Shown here: positions 45,148-54,735 of the stretch, in pieces | Numbering within the stretch: the stretch's first letter is position 1 | How the letters are laid out: every line of letters begins with the position of its first letter | Assembly (NCBI GenBank): GCA_963778755.1 | Contig: CAVZVJ010000004.1 | Location: forward strand, 18,836-82,835 | Length of the DNA: 64,000 nucleotides | From: an uncultured Acidobacteriota bacterium | GTDB lineage: Bacteria > Actinomycetota > Acidimicrobiia > Spongiisociales > ZC4RG35 | Reading direction: 5' to 3' | The notes under the pieces: model-generated | The model's database searches: none | What the model was told of the DNA's origin: nothing | Seen by the model: only the letters and a program-made list of their open reading frames with translations | Made by a program: the position numbers and the translations under genes

Positions 45148-45208
45148 CCTCGGCAGGAATGTAGACGTGTCTTGCTGGCGGGCGCTTTGACCTTGTGGCG
45201 AAGGTTCC

Positions 45209-46583
45209 TCAGTCGAAGCCGAAGAGCGGGGGAAGAACGACGACGACGACCGCCGCCCAGATGGCGAAGACGGGGAGATAGGAGGTTTGCCAGCGTTCGA
45301 GGCGGTGGAAGGCGATCTGTCCCCTGAGAAACCGCATAGATAGCCAGGCTGCCCCGGCCAGGTTCACCAGCAGGACGAGGTTGAGCCCCAGCGCCGCCGT
45401 ACGGTTCGGGGTGAACCCGAGGTCACTGATGCGGGCCACCATCGTGCCCAACACCATCACGTCGAGCACGAGCGCGCTGGCGACGGTGACGAGTTGGACG
45501 CGGTCCATCCATCCCGGCGGGAGAGACGGCTGCCGCGCCGAGGATCGCGTAGAGCACCAGTCCGAGCACAACCACCAGCAGGACGTCGAAGACTCCGAGC
45601 AACTCTCGGTCGAACACTCCAGAGAGCCCGGTCCCTGCGTAGGTGACCGCGGCGACGGTCAGCATCAAGGCGAACAGGGGAGTGAAGAGCATGGTCAGAA
45701 CCGGGGCCATGTTTTCCACGACCCGCTGTTTGGACTCCACGAGCCACGCTGCGATGATCACCGCACCGGCCGCGCCCGAGGGCAACACCCACTCGAAGAC
45801 CAACTGCGGGAGGTCGGTTCCGATCGGCTGCAGTATCAGCGCGGTGAGCATGACCAGCACACCGCCACCGAGGGCGATCAGCGCGTAATAGATGACCCAC
45901 TCTCCGGTGAAACGAACGAAGTCCATTCGCCGTTCGTGCGATCGGAGCGTGCCGCTCACGTACGGGTAGGCGACCGCGAACCACAACAAGACAGGCAGAT
46001 AGAGCGCCACCAGAAGCTCGGTGTCCGAGATCGTCGTCGCGAAGACCTCGGTGTTCGAGCCCGCGCCGAATGGGTAGAGGTTGACCAGCAGTGCGGAGAG
46101 GACAAACGGCGCAGCGGTTAGCAACCATCGTCTGATGTCGAACTGCCGCCGAATGGCGAAGTACCCGGCGAGGAAGGGCAACACGAACAAACTCGCGTTT
46201 CGCAGCAGCCACCCCGGTTCCTCCTCGGGAAACCCAGCCGCGAGCCGTGCGATTTGGATCGCGACAGCGGCGGCCAGGGCGAAGCCGAGCGCCTCGAAAC
46301 CCCCGCTGGACGGACGCGCTGGCTCATCCTCATCTGTGGCGATCAGCTGCTTCCAGAGTCGATCGCTGTGCTCGAGAGCGAACTCCCGGGATAGGGTGTC
46401 GATGTCCCCCATGCGCTTCACAGCAACGAGGAACGCCTCATCGGCCGTGAGGCCGGCCGAATCCAACTCGGCGATCTGATCGCGAAGATGACCCTCTAGC
46501 TCATCGACGTCCCGGCCGTTCACGGCCGGGGCCCTTCCGACGTAGGCCCGCCACTCGGCAATTTGTGTTTCCACGGCATCCAT
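45209..46583 (-). pseudogene. PadR-associated polytopic membrane protein (N-terminal cytoplasmic helical prefix plus DUF4153-like permease body), with the frame broken once (+1)
   Basis: ORF 45423..46583 (AEWRAYVGRAP...LVAVKRMGDIDTLSREFA, then many TM helices) continues as GWMDRVQLVTVASALVLDVMVLG... in ORF 45209..45571. The junction is near 45511-45525. Confidence 0.65.
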
Positions 46584-46586
46584 ATG

Positions 46587-46946
46587 TCACCCCTCACCGA
46601 GGGCCATCAGCGGCCCATTTGGGCCTTGAAAGACATCACCCAATGCACGGGTGACGGCCTGCCATTGCCGCTGCTGTTCGGCAAGGGCGGATCGACCGCC
46701 ATCGGTGATCGCGTAGTACCTCCGGCGCCGCCCGTCGGGCGGGGTCCGCCAATCGGTGGTGGCGTATCCGAGGCGGCGAAGGCGATGAAGCAGGGGATAG
46801 AGCATCCCGTCAGTCCACTCGAGCTCACCTCCGGAAAGCTCACGCACCCGCTTCAGGATGGCGTAGCCGTAGTTCTCACCCTCGGCCAAGATCGCCAGCA
46901 CGAGTGGCGTCGCCGAGGCTGCCACCAGGTCCTTGTCGATGTGCAC
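46587..46946 (-). CDS. PadR family transcriptional regulator
   Basis: Reads LVLAILAEGENYGYAILKRVRELSGGELEWTDGMLYPLLHRLRRLGY...RRRYYAITDGG. Confidence 0.9.
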   Translation of the reverse strand: MHIDKDLVAASATPLVLAILAEGENYGYAILKRVRELSGGELEWTDGMLYPLLHRLRRLGYATTDWRTPPDGRRRRYYAITDGGRSALAEQQRQWQAVTRALGDVFQGPNGPLMALGEG

Positions 46947-46973
46947 ACCAACCTCCTATGGCCCAGAGTGCCA

Positions 46974-47004
46974 TACATAGAAGCACACTGTACATAGAAG
47001 CACA
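46974..47004. promoter_or_regulatory. two 14-bp direct repeats (tacatagaagcaca) in the PadR promoter region; candidate operator
   Basis: The copies at 46974-46987 and 46991-47004 are separated by 3 nt and lie 28-58 nt upstream of the PadR ATG (46946, minus strand). They are AT-rich relative to the surroundings. Confidence 0.4.
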
Positions 47005-47047
47005 AGGTATACGTGAGGCAGTCCGGCGCCCGGGCCAATGTCCGATC

Positions 47048-47404
47048 TCATTCAGGGGAACCCAGATCTTCGATCTGGTTCAGCAGGTCGAGAGAGTCGT
47101 GCGCGGCCGCTGCCACCGAATCGTCACTGGTTGCGATCTCGGCCAGCAGCCCCTTTGACTTGGGGCCGCCGATGTCGGCAAGGAGTCGGACCAGGGATGG
47201 GGTCAGGTGACCCTCGGACCTGGCTTTTTCGATGAGGCCGATCGATCGGTCTCCCGCTTTGACAATCGACATGCCGGCCAGCGCCTTGTCCTGCTCGTCA
47301 CCAGACTCAAACGCCCGAACCAGGGTGTCGCCTGCAGATTTGGCGCCGACTGTGCGCCACGCCATACCGGCGCTGATGACCTTGAGGGAACTCCCTACGC
47401 CCAT
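47048..47404 (-). CDS. small HEAT-repeat-like protein (hypothetical)
   Basis: A 118-aa ORF starting 9 nt after the stop of the upstream hydrolase gene. It has helical-repeat-like segments (LVRLLADIGGPKSKGLLAEIA...). Confidence 0.5.
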   Translation of the reverse strand: MGVGSSLKVISAGMAWRTVGAKSAGDTLVRAFESGDEQDKALAGMSIVKAGDRSIGLIEKARSEGHLTPSLVRLLADIGGPKSKGLLAEIATSDDSVAAAAHDSLDLLNQIEDLGSPE

Positions 47405-47413
47405 TTGGACAGC

Positions 47414-48430
47414 CTACGAGTCGAAGTTCCAGAGCCCGTTGGCGTCCCAATATGCCGGTTCATGGGCGGCAGGGTGGGAAAACCAGCCGTTGCGGAACTC
47501 TTTGACCTTGGCATGCTGAAATCTCTGCCCTCCCCGGTCGACCAGGATCACCAGGTCGAACTTGACCCGAATGTCGTAGATCTTCTCTACTCGAGAGAAG
47601 TCGGGCAGCCACTCGTCATGAACCGGCCACGCCAGAAGCACCAGCTTTTTGAATTCCACGCCCTGTCTCGTTGCGAGATGGGCAACCGTGCCACCGTGAC
47701 TGTGGGTGAAGAAGTCCGACTTGACCAGACCCTCATCACCGATCCACTTTTTTAGGCTCAGGGCCGCCACGCGCCGGGCCCCGTCGGAGTAGTTGCCCGA
47801 CCAGGTGAAGCTCTTGTCGTGCAGGTCGAGATCGGGTCGATGAGCATCGAGCGCTTTGTAGAAGTCACCTTTGGGCTGGTACCAGGTTTGGTCGGCCGCC
47901 CAGGTGCCGTGGGTGATCACCGCAGTGCTCGACTTGCGGCGACGCTTCTTCGAAGGGGGCGGGTCGACTACGTGTTTCTGAAGCTGTGGGTTCTTCGGTT
48001 GAATGTTGCGTAGGACCTCCCGGGCCAGCTCCGCGACCAACGGATCCTCGGATCCTGCGCCCGCTTCCAAGATGGCCAGGATCTCAGGCCGGAGCCGGGT
48101 CGTCTCTCTGGCCCCAGCCGCCGCCGCCACCGCAACCAGCGGATGCGGGCTATGGAGTGCTGCTTCGAACAGAGCGGCCGTGTCTTCGAAGGACGGATGG
48201 TCGTAGAGGTCGTGCACTTTGCGTTCCATCTCGCCCTGAACCGTTGGCGACGATTCTGCATCCAGCTCGGTTTTCGACATGGCCAGAGGTCGGTGTGCCT
48301 CAGCCACCGATATCCGACGCGATCGTTGCACCCCTCTGAGTTCCGGAAGGGCGAAGTCAACGTTTGCGACTTCTGTCTCGAGCTCCGTCAGCTTCCCCTC
48401 CTGGCCGAGCACGCCAGCCCGCCGCGGCAA
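47414..48430 (-). CDS. HEAT-repeat N-terminal region fused to a lipase-like alpha/beta hydrolase
   Basis: Reads AVITHGTWA...FTWSGNYSDGARRVAALSLKKW...FFTHSHGGTVA (HSxGG nucleophile elbow). The N-terminus reads HPLVAVAAAAGARETT...SEDPLVAELAREVL. The start is uncertain (TTG 48430 or ATG 48280). Confidence 0.6.
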   Translation of the reverse strand: MPRRAGVLGQEGKLTELETEVANVDFALPELRGVQRSRRISVAEAHRPLAMSKTELDAESSPTVQGEMERKVHDLYDHPSFEDTAALFEAALHSPHPLVAVAAAAGARETTRLRPEILAILEAGAGSEDPLVAELAREVLRNIQPKNPQLQKHVVDPPPSKKRRRKSSTAVITHGTWAADQTWYQPKGDFYKALDAHRPDLDLHDKSFTWSGNYSDGARRVAALSLKKWIGDEGLVKSDFFTHSHGGTVAHLATRQGVEFKKLVLLAWPVHDEWLPDFSRVEKIYDIRVKFDLVILVDRGGQRFQHAKVKEFRNGWFSHPAAHEPAYWDANGLWNFDS

Positions 48431-48646
48431 GCAGCAATGCCGCCTGCGAGGCCGCGGAGGAGGGGGTCACCTCGGCGTCGAGACCCGGTGTGACCGCGAA
48501 GGCCGCCCTCGGGTCGATCGGCTCCAGTGGCTGATCGCTCATCGGTGCCATCTGTGTGTATATACATCGTCGTAGCGATTGCCGCTGGTCCGATGACCGG
48601 TCGAGCCGTCATCGGCTGGTGGGAACTAGTCTCCAAATTCGGTGCG

Positions 48647-49300
48647 ATGACAGATTCCATTCACGACCTGGCGACCAAGGTCACTACCGCCGACCTGGTC
48701 GACGCCATGGGCCGCATGCATCGGCACCGCTGCCACATCCTCGATCTGGTGACTCCGAACGCAGGTCGGGTCCTGTTCGGCTCGGCCTCGACCGTCTCCT
48801 ATTTCCCCACTTGTAGCGAGGTTCTCGACCCGAAGCGTTACAACTTCGCCAGCCTGTTTCATCAGGCAGTCGGCGCTGAGTCCGAAGGGCGCGTGCTGGT
48901 GCTCGCCAGCAACGGTCACAGCGACATCTCACTGGGCGGTGGCGTCAAGCTCTCACGGGCCCAGAATGCGGGGCTGGCCGGGGTCTTGGCCGACGGTCGC
49001 CTGCGAGACTTCGATGAGCTGGCGGGCTACGACTTCGCTACTTACTGCAGGGGAGAGGCGACGAAGTGGGGCGGTGATGTAGTGACCCCCTACCAAGCCA
49101 ATGTTCCGGTCGTGATCGACGGTGTCGGGATATTCCCTGGCGATTACATCCATGCCGATTCCTCAGGTGCGGTCGTCGTGCCGGGCAGCCAGATCCGCGA
49201 GGTGCTCGAGGAAGCCATCAGGGTCAACGAGGAGGACGTCGCCCATATCGCCGAGATCAAGGCCGAGGGTCCTGATGACTTCTTGGAATACCAATGGTGA
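48647..49300 (+). CDS. RraA-family protein (RNase E inhibitor / HMG-aldolase fold)
   Basis: Reads LGGGVKLSRAQNAGLAGVLADGRLRDFDEL...PVVIDGVGIFPGDYIHADSSGAVVVP. ATG 48647 was chosen. Confidence 0.8.
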   Translation: MTDSIHDLATKVTTADLVDAMGRMHRHRCHILDLVTPNAGRVLFGSASTVSYFPTCSEVLDPKRYNFASLFHQAVGAESEGRVLVLASNGHSDISLGGGVKLSRAQNAGLAGVLADGRLRDFDELAGYDFATYCRGEATKWGGDVVTPYQANVPVVIDGVGIFPGDYIHADSSGAVVVPGSQIREVLEEAIRVNEEDVAHIAEIKAEGPDDFLEYQW

Positions 49301-49396
49301 GCGGGAACTTCTTGACCCGCATTGCCCCGAGACGGGCGACCCATCTGATCTATCGCCAGATGAAGGACCTGCTCGGCCAACGGTTAGGTATCGGCC

Positions 49397-50998
49397 TTAC
49401 TTGACGCCGGTGAGGAAGAAGGTGGGCATCATTCCCTTGCCCTTGATGTCGATGTCGCCTCGCGACTCGAACTGGAAGCTGTCGTCGAGGGCCGCCCGTA
49501 CCTGATCCGAAACTTGAATCCGGCCGGTGACACCGTGCGATTCCATCCTGCTGGCTGTGTTCACCGTGTCACCCCAGAGGTCGTAGATGAATTTCCGACG
49601 ACCAATCACCCCGGCGACCACGTCACCGGTGTGGATCCCGATGCGGGCCGACAGTGGCAGGTCAAGGCTGCGGCCGATCTGTTCGACCGTCGGCAGCATC
49701 TCGAGGGCCACATTCGCCACCCGATCCACATGGTTGGTCTGGGCCAAGGGCACACCGCCGACCGCCATGTAACTGTCACCGATGGTCTTTATCTTCTCGA
49801 CTTCGTAGTGGTCGGCGATCGCGTCGAACTCCCCGAACAGGAGATCCAGAACCTCGATCACCTTGGATGGTTTGAGACGTGACGACATGTGGGTGAATCC
49901 CACCATGTCCGCAAACAGAACCGTGGCCTCTGCGAAGTAATCGGCAATGAGTTTCTCTCCGTCCTCCAATCGCCTGGCGACGGGAGGAGGCAGGATGCTC
50001 AACAGGAGTTGCTCGGAGCGGTTGCGCTCATCTTCGAGCTCGTGAGTGCGGATCTCGATTCGATGCTCCAGCTCCCGATTGACCGACGAGACTTCGCCGA
50101 GGTACTGCTTCATGTAGATCCCTGACAACGGCCCCGACACGTCGATCTCGTCACCGCTATCGATCTTCGGCATCTCGATGATCCCGGCGCGATCGAGCGG
50201 CTCGAAGGGATCGGCCACTTGAGCGTGATACTCACGGGCGTGAACGATCACGTAGGTGAGTGCTGATGCACAGTGCGCGACGGGGATGAGCCCTTCATAC
50301 CCGGGGTTTTGGGCGATTATCGGCATCACCTGTTCCTCGGAGATGCCGAATGCGGCGGCGGCCTGGGGGACGATGATCTCACGCACCAGAGGCGTGTCGA
50401 CGATTCCAGGAACGAACGAAAGGACCGAAACGCCCGAGTCGCTGCCGATCTCACGAGCCGCGGTGTAGGCGAGCGAGCGCATAGCCATTTTGGTGCCCGA
50501 GTAAGCAGCGGCCATCGGTGAGCCCTCGTAGGCGATCATGTTGACGATGACACCGTGTTTCCGCTCCAACATCCCGGGGAGCAGATGCTTGATCATGAGG
50601 AATGGCGCCCTTGCGTTGATGTCATAGGTCTTCTCCCATTCCTCGAGGGGGAAGTCGGTGACCGGAGCCGAATGCAGGTGAAGGGCGTTGTTGACAAGGA
50701 TGTCGATGGTCCCGAAGCTCGAGGTCGCCTGCGGGAGCATGGACAGAAGCTGGTCTACATCGCCCAGGTCGCACTGGATGAACTCAGCCTGACCACCCGC
50801 TTGTTTGATCGAATCGGCCACGTCCTGCCCGCTGGGGAGGATGTCAACAAGCACTATCCGCGCGCCGAGGTGAGCCAGGGTGGCTGCAGTCGCCTCACCT
50901 ATGCCACGCGCTCCACCGGTGATCAGTGCCGTTCTCCCGACCAGGCTGCCCGGTGCGATCCCCAGCTTGTCGAGTAATTCAACGTCGACGACGTACAT
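49397..50998 (-). CDS. short-chain dehydrogenase/reductase fused to a class III adenylate/guanylate cyclase domain
   Basis: The SDR part has ALITGGARGIG, NNAL and YSGTKMAM (YxxxK). A coiled linker follows. The cyclase part has EATVLFADMVGFT...IKTIGDSYMAVGG...RIGIHTGDVVAGVIG...YDLWGDTVNTASRMES. Confidence 0.85.
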   Translation of the reverse strand: MYVVDVELLDKLGIAPGSLVGRTALITGGARGIGEATAATLAHLGARIVLVDILPSGQDVADSIKQAGGQAEFIQCDLGDVDQLLSMLPQATSSFGTIDILVNNALHLHSAPVTDFPLEEWEKTYDINARAPFLMIKHLLPGMLERKHGVIVNMIAYEGSPMAAAYSGTKMAMRSLAYTAAREIGSDSGVSVLSFVPGIVDTPLVREIIVPQAAAAFGISEEQVMPIIAQNPGYEGLIPVAHCASALTYVIVHAREYHAQVADPFEPLDRAGIIEMPKIDSGDEIDVSGPLSGIYMKQYLGEVSSVNRELEHRIEIRTHELEDERNRSEQLLLSILPPPVARRLEDGEKLIADYFAEATVLFADMVGFTHMSSRLKPSKVIEVLDLLFGEFDAIADHYEVEKIKTIGDSYMAVGGVPLAQTNHVDRVANVALEMLPTVEQIGRSLDLPLSARIGIHTGDVVAGVIGRRKFIYDLWGDTVNTASRMESHGVTGRIQVSDQVRAALDDSFQFESRGDIDIKGKGMMPTFFLTGVK

Positions 50999-51013
50999 CG
51001 GTCCCCAATTCTC

Positions 51014-52186
51014 CTAAGCAGTGCTCGAGATAGCGTTGCGGAACACGGGAAGGCTGCGTTCGATCATCTCCGCAGTTCCCGTCAGCGAGATGCGGAAATG
51101 ACCGGGCGAGGCGCAGGTGGTGCCGGGCAGGACCAGGACTCCTTGCTTCGCGAGCCTCTCCACAAAGGCGACATCGTCGGGGTCGGGGGAGCGGACCCAC
51201 AGGTAAAACGTCCCTTCCGGGGACTGCAGGTCGTAGCCGGCCTTTCCCAGCTCGGCGACGGTGAAGTCTCGCTTGCGTTCCAGCTCGAAGAGATCGATCG
51301 AGAGCCGGTCCAATTCCGCGAGCGAGTACTGCATGATGGCGCTGGGGAACAGCCATCCGCCCGCGATCTGGGCCATGAAGATTGCAGAGCGCAGTGGCTC
51401 TGGGTCGGGCATCAGTGGGGACAGGGCAAGCCATCCGATCCGCTGCCCGGGGGTGAGCAGGATCTTGCCGTAGCTGTAGGAAACCAGCGTGTACGGGTAG
51501 TACTCGGCAGGACTGGTGAACTTTGCGTTGCTGAACACCAGCTTGGAATAGGGCTCGTCAGAGAGCAGATAGATCGGGGCCCCGAACCGATTCGAGGCAT
51601 CGGTGAGCACGTTCGCCAGACCTTGGAGAGTGGAAGGCGGGTAGATCCGGCCCGTCGGGTTGTGCGGGGTGTTGACGATGACCAGACGGGTCTTCTCGGT
51701 GATCGCTCCGGCGATGCGATCCAGGTCGAGGTCGTAGTCATCGCCGCGAACCGGGACACTGACCGGGGTTGCCCCTGCGGCGAGGATCATCGACCGGTAG
51801 AAGAACCAGGGGGGATCGGAGTAGACGACCTCATCACCGGTCTCGACGAGAGCTCCGAGGGCGGCGGCGATGGCGCCAAAGGCGCCCGGGGTCATGGCGA
51901 TGTCCTCAGGGTCGAATTGTTGGCCACGCCATTCGGCCAAATGGTTGGCCACGGTGCGTCGCGACTCCTCCTCGGAGAACTTGTAGGCGTAATGGCCCTT
52001 GTCACGAGGGGTGGTAACCGAGGCGAGGGCGGTGGCGAACCCGTCGACCACCATCTCCTGCGGATTTCCGAACGCCAGATCGGCAACTTCAGGCCGGCGG
52101 CGGTTCTCCTCCCAGATGGGGAGAAACGACAACAACGTCTCGTTGGCTGCCGTGATTTGCCTGATCCGCTCGGTCACCATGGCCAT
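51014..52186 (-). CDS. class I/II PLP-dependent aminotransferase
   Basis: Reads VIVNTPHNPTGRIY...LLSDEPYSKL...SYSYGKILLTPGQRIGW. The start is ATG 52186 or 52180 (the listed 52243 is also possible). Confidence 0.85.
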   Translation of the reverse strand: MAMVTERIRQITAANETLLSFLPIWEENRRRPEVADLAFGNPQEMVVDGFATALASVTTPRDKGHYAYKFSEEESRRTVANHLAEWRGQQFDPEDIAMTPGAFGAIAAALGALVETGDEVVYSDPPWFFYRSMILAAGATPVSVPVRGDDYDLDLDRIAGAITEKTRLVIVNTPHNPTGRIYPPSTLQGLANVLTDASNRFGAPIYLLSDEPYSKLVFSNAKFTSPAEYYPYTLVSYSYGKILLTPGQRIGWLALSPLMPDPEPLRSAIFMAQIAGGWLFPSAIMQYSLAELDRLSIDLFELERKRDFTVAELGKAGYDLQSPEGTFYLWVRSPDPDDVAFVERLAKQGVLVLPGTTCASPGHFRISLTGTAEMIERSLPVFRNAISSTA

Positions 52187-52235
52187 CGACGATAGCCCGC
52201 CCTCCGATAGGGTCGACAGTCCCCTCCCCCATGGC

Positions 52236-53657
52236 ATGAGCACCCAGGAACCTTTTCCCGACGTCGATCCGCTGACCGCACCGGTCGGCGAGACATTCGT
52301 GATCCAACAGCACCACGCGACGGCCCTCCATCACGACTTCCGGCTGGAAATGCTCAACGAAGATGGCCCCGTGCTGGTCTCCTGGGCGGTCCCCAAGGGC
52401 CTGCCGCGACGAAGGGGAGAGCGCCACCTCGCCATCCGCACCCCGGATCATTCCATGGAGCACGCCACCTTCTCCGGGTCGATCCCCGGTGACGAGTATG
52501 GCGGGGGAGACGTGCGGATCTTCGATCATGGCGAGTACGAGATGGTGGGTCGGACCGATGACCGAATCACCTTCAGGCTCGAAGGGCAGCGGCTGACCGG
52601 GATCTGGCACCTGGTGTCGACTGGTCTGAGGGACGGAAAGGAGCAATGGCTGGCTCTCATGTCGAAGGATCTGCGCCCGACCGGCGACGAGCGACCTCCA
52701 CTCGAGCCCATGCTGGCAACGCCCACTGCCGAGGCATTCGACGACCCGGAATGGGGTTTCGAGCCGAAGTGGGACGGGATCCGTGCTCTCGCCCTCTGTG
52801 GGGAGGACACCCGTCTCATCTCACGCCGAGACCACGACATCACCGTGGCCTATCCCGAGCTTCGCCGGTTACATGACCAGGTAGTTGCTCTGGACGCAGT
52901 TCTCGACGGCGAGATCGTGGCCTTCGACCACGGGGTGCCCTCGTTTCAGACGCTCCAGCAGCGGATGCACCTCAGGAATCAGCGGCAGGTGGAGCAACTG
53001 TCCCTCCAAATCCCGGTGGTGTACATGGTCTTCGACCTGCTTTGGATCGACGGTCGGGACCTGATCGGCCAACCACTGCAGGAGCGGCGCCAGATCCTGG
53101 AGGAGGCCATCGTTGCCTCGGATCAGATCCAGATGTCGCCGATGGTCGAGGGCGAGGGCGTTGCCCTGTTCCAAGCCGCCGCCGATCAGGGGTTGGAGGG
53201 AATCATGGCCAAGCGCCTCGCTTCCCTGTACCTGCCGGGTGCCCGATCTCGTGACTGGCTAAAAGTGAAGATCAAGTTCGACGCTGACGTTGTGATCGTG
53301 GGCTGGACCGAGGGCGAGGGCCAACGCCTAGGCAGCATCGGATCATTGATGATGGCCGTCTACGACGGCGACGAACTGCGATATGCCGGGAACGTCGGCA
53401 CCGGTTTCGACCGGGACACTCTTCAGGATGTCCTCGACAGGTTGCGGGGTCTCGACGAGACCAAACCCCCGTTCCCTCCCGACGTGTTGCGCTCCCGTCC
53501 CGAGTTGCGTCGGGCGCATTGGGTCGCCCCGTTGCTGGTGGCCAAGGTCGAGCACCGCCAGGTGACTTCTGCCGGGCGGCTCAGATCGCCCTCGTTCCTT
53601 GGCCTTCGCGAGGACAAGAACCCCAAGGACTGCACCTACGACCAGTTGCGAGGTTGA
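52236..53657 (+). CDS. ligD: ATP-dependent DNA ligase LigD (3'-phosphoesterase plus ligase domains; no polymerase domain)
   Basis: The PE domain reads FVIQQHHATALHHDFRLE. The ligase has motif I (EPKWDGIR), plus DGEIVAF and EGIMAKR. ATG 52236 was chosen. Confidence 0.85.
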   Translation: MSTQEPFPDVDPLTAPVGETFVIQQHHATALHHDFRLEMLNEDGPVLVSWAVPKGLPRRRGERHLAIRTPDHSMEHATFSGSIPGDEYGGGDVRIFDHGEYEMVGRTDDRITFRLEGQRLTGIWHLVSTGLRDGKEQWLALMSKDLRPTGDERPPLEPMLATPTAEAFDDPEWGFEPKWDGIRALALCGEDTRLISRRDHDITVAYPELRRLHDQVVALDAVLDGEIVAFDHGVPSFQTLQQRMHLRNQRQVEQLSLQIPVVYMVFDLLWIDGRDLIGQPLQERRQILEEAIVASDQIQMSPMVEGEGVALFQAAADQGLEGIMAKRLASLYLPGARSRDWLKVKIKFDADVVIVGWTEGEGQRLGSIGSLMMAVYDGDELRYAGNVGTGFDRDTLQDVLDRLRGLDETKPPFPPDVLRSRPELRRAHWVAPLLVAKVEHRQVTSAGRLRSPSFLGLREDKNPKDCTYDQLRG

Positions 53658-54581
53658 TCAGGCGGCGAAGAACCGGAGCAACTCGCCGTTGACAGCTTCG
53701 GGTTGGGCGAGAGCTGCGATGTGGTGGGCGTCGGCTATGACGGCGACTCTTGCCTCGGGGATCAGCTCCCTCCCCGACTCGATGGCCGATTGCAGGTCAC
53801 CGTAGATGACCTCCCGGCCACCGAAGACGAGAAGGACGGGAGCCTTGACTTCTGCAAGCTCTTCACTGGTGTAGACCCGGGGGAACACCTTGTTGATCAG
53901 CCTGCCGTACTTCATCGTTTCATAGAACAGCGGCTCCCAGAGCGGATCTCGAGGCAGGCCGTGAAGCATCCAGTCGATGCTGGAGCGCATGACCCTCGCC
54001 ACTCCTGGCAGTGCAGGAACGGCTAGGTAGAGGCCTTTCGGAATGAACATGTGGAACATGAACGGTCTCATCGCGTGAATCGTCGAGGCCGGGCCGATCA
54101 GCACCAACTTGCGTATTCGCTCGGGCAACTTCATGGCGTAGTAGGCGGCGGTGAAGCCTCCATACGAGTTCCCGACCAGATCGAGAGTGTCGATGCCCAG
54201 ACCGTCGATTAGCTCCGTGAACCACTGCAGGAAATCGTCCAGCGAGGCGATCGGTCGGCTGGGTCGGCTCTTGTTCGACTCCCCGATGACATCAACGCAG
54301 TAGGTGCGGTGCGACTTGCTCAATGCCTCGACGTTGCGATACCAGGAGGCAGCCGTAGCAAACAGGGCGTGGAGGAGCACGATCGGCGGGCCATCCTTCG
54401 GGCCTCCTGCGATGACATGGGTCTCGCCGAAGCTGGTTGGCACCCACAACTCCTCATAGTCGACCGGCCATGCATCCATCACTGCCTGATAGGCGCGCAA
54501 GATCTCGATCTTGCCTTGAGCGGAGGTGAACATCGGGATGGTCGAGGCGACAGCCTCAGAAGTTGCAGCTGTAGTGCTCAT
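53658..54581 (-). CDS. alpha/beta hydrolase
   Basis: Reads PPIVLLHALF, has the nucleophile elbow LVGNSYGG, and a C-terminal ADAHH. Confidence 0.85.
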   Translation of the reverse strand: MSTTAATSEAVASTIPMFTSAQGKIEILRAYQAVMDAWPVDYEELWVPTSFGETHVIAGGPKDGPPIVLLHALFATAASWYRNVEALSKSHRTYCVDVIGESNKSRPSRPIASLDDFLQWFTELIDGLGIDTLDLVGNSYGGFTAAYYAMKLPERIRKLVLIGPASTIHAMRPFMFHMFIPKGLYLAVPALPGVARVMRSSIDWMLHGLPRDPLWEPLFYETMKYGRLINKVFPRVYTSEELAEVKAPVLLVFGGREVIYGDLQSAIESGRELIPEARVAVIADAHHIAALAQPEAVNGELLRFFAA

Positions 54582-54735
54582 GATCCAATCACACTTGGGG
54601 TGTCTGGCGAACGCCAGAGTCCAACGTCACATCGCCTCGTTACCCGAGCTACCTCAATCGACTCGGTCGGCGCTTGCTGATAGGGCAGGTGGGGTCGGGA
54701 CCGTCGCTTCGGACCTGAGTCCCGGTCTGAAACCC

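Noticed and set aside
48557-48566. AT-rich palindrome tgtatataca about 80 nt upstream of the RraA-family gene
   Set aside because: It could be a -10-like element or a regulator site. However, a 10-bp palindrome alone is weak evidence and I cannot tie it to a regulator.
51999-52235. N-terminal extensions of listed ORFs (here LigD; also 23574..24596, 39073.., 26994.., 28048.., 33264..34643, 56429..)
   Set aside because: The extended parts overlap neighbouring genes, are Arg/Ser/Pro-rich and lack an RBS. Internal ATGs with SD-like sequences coincide with the start of family homology.
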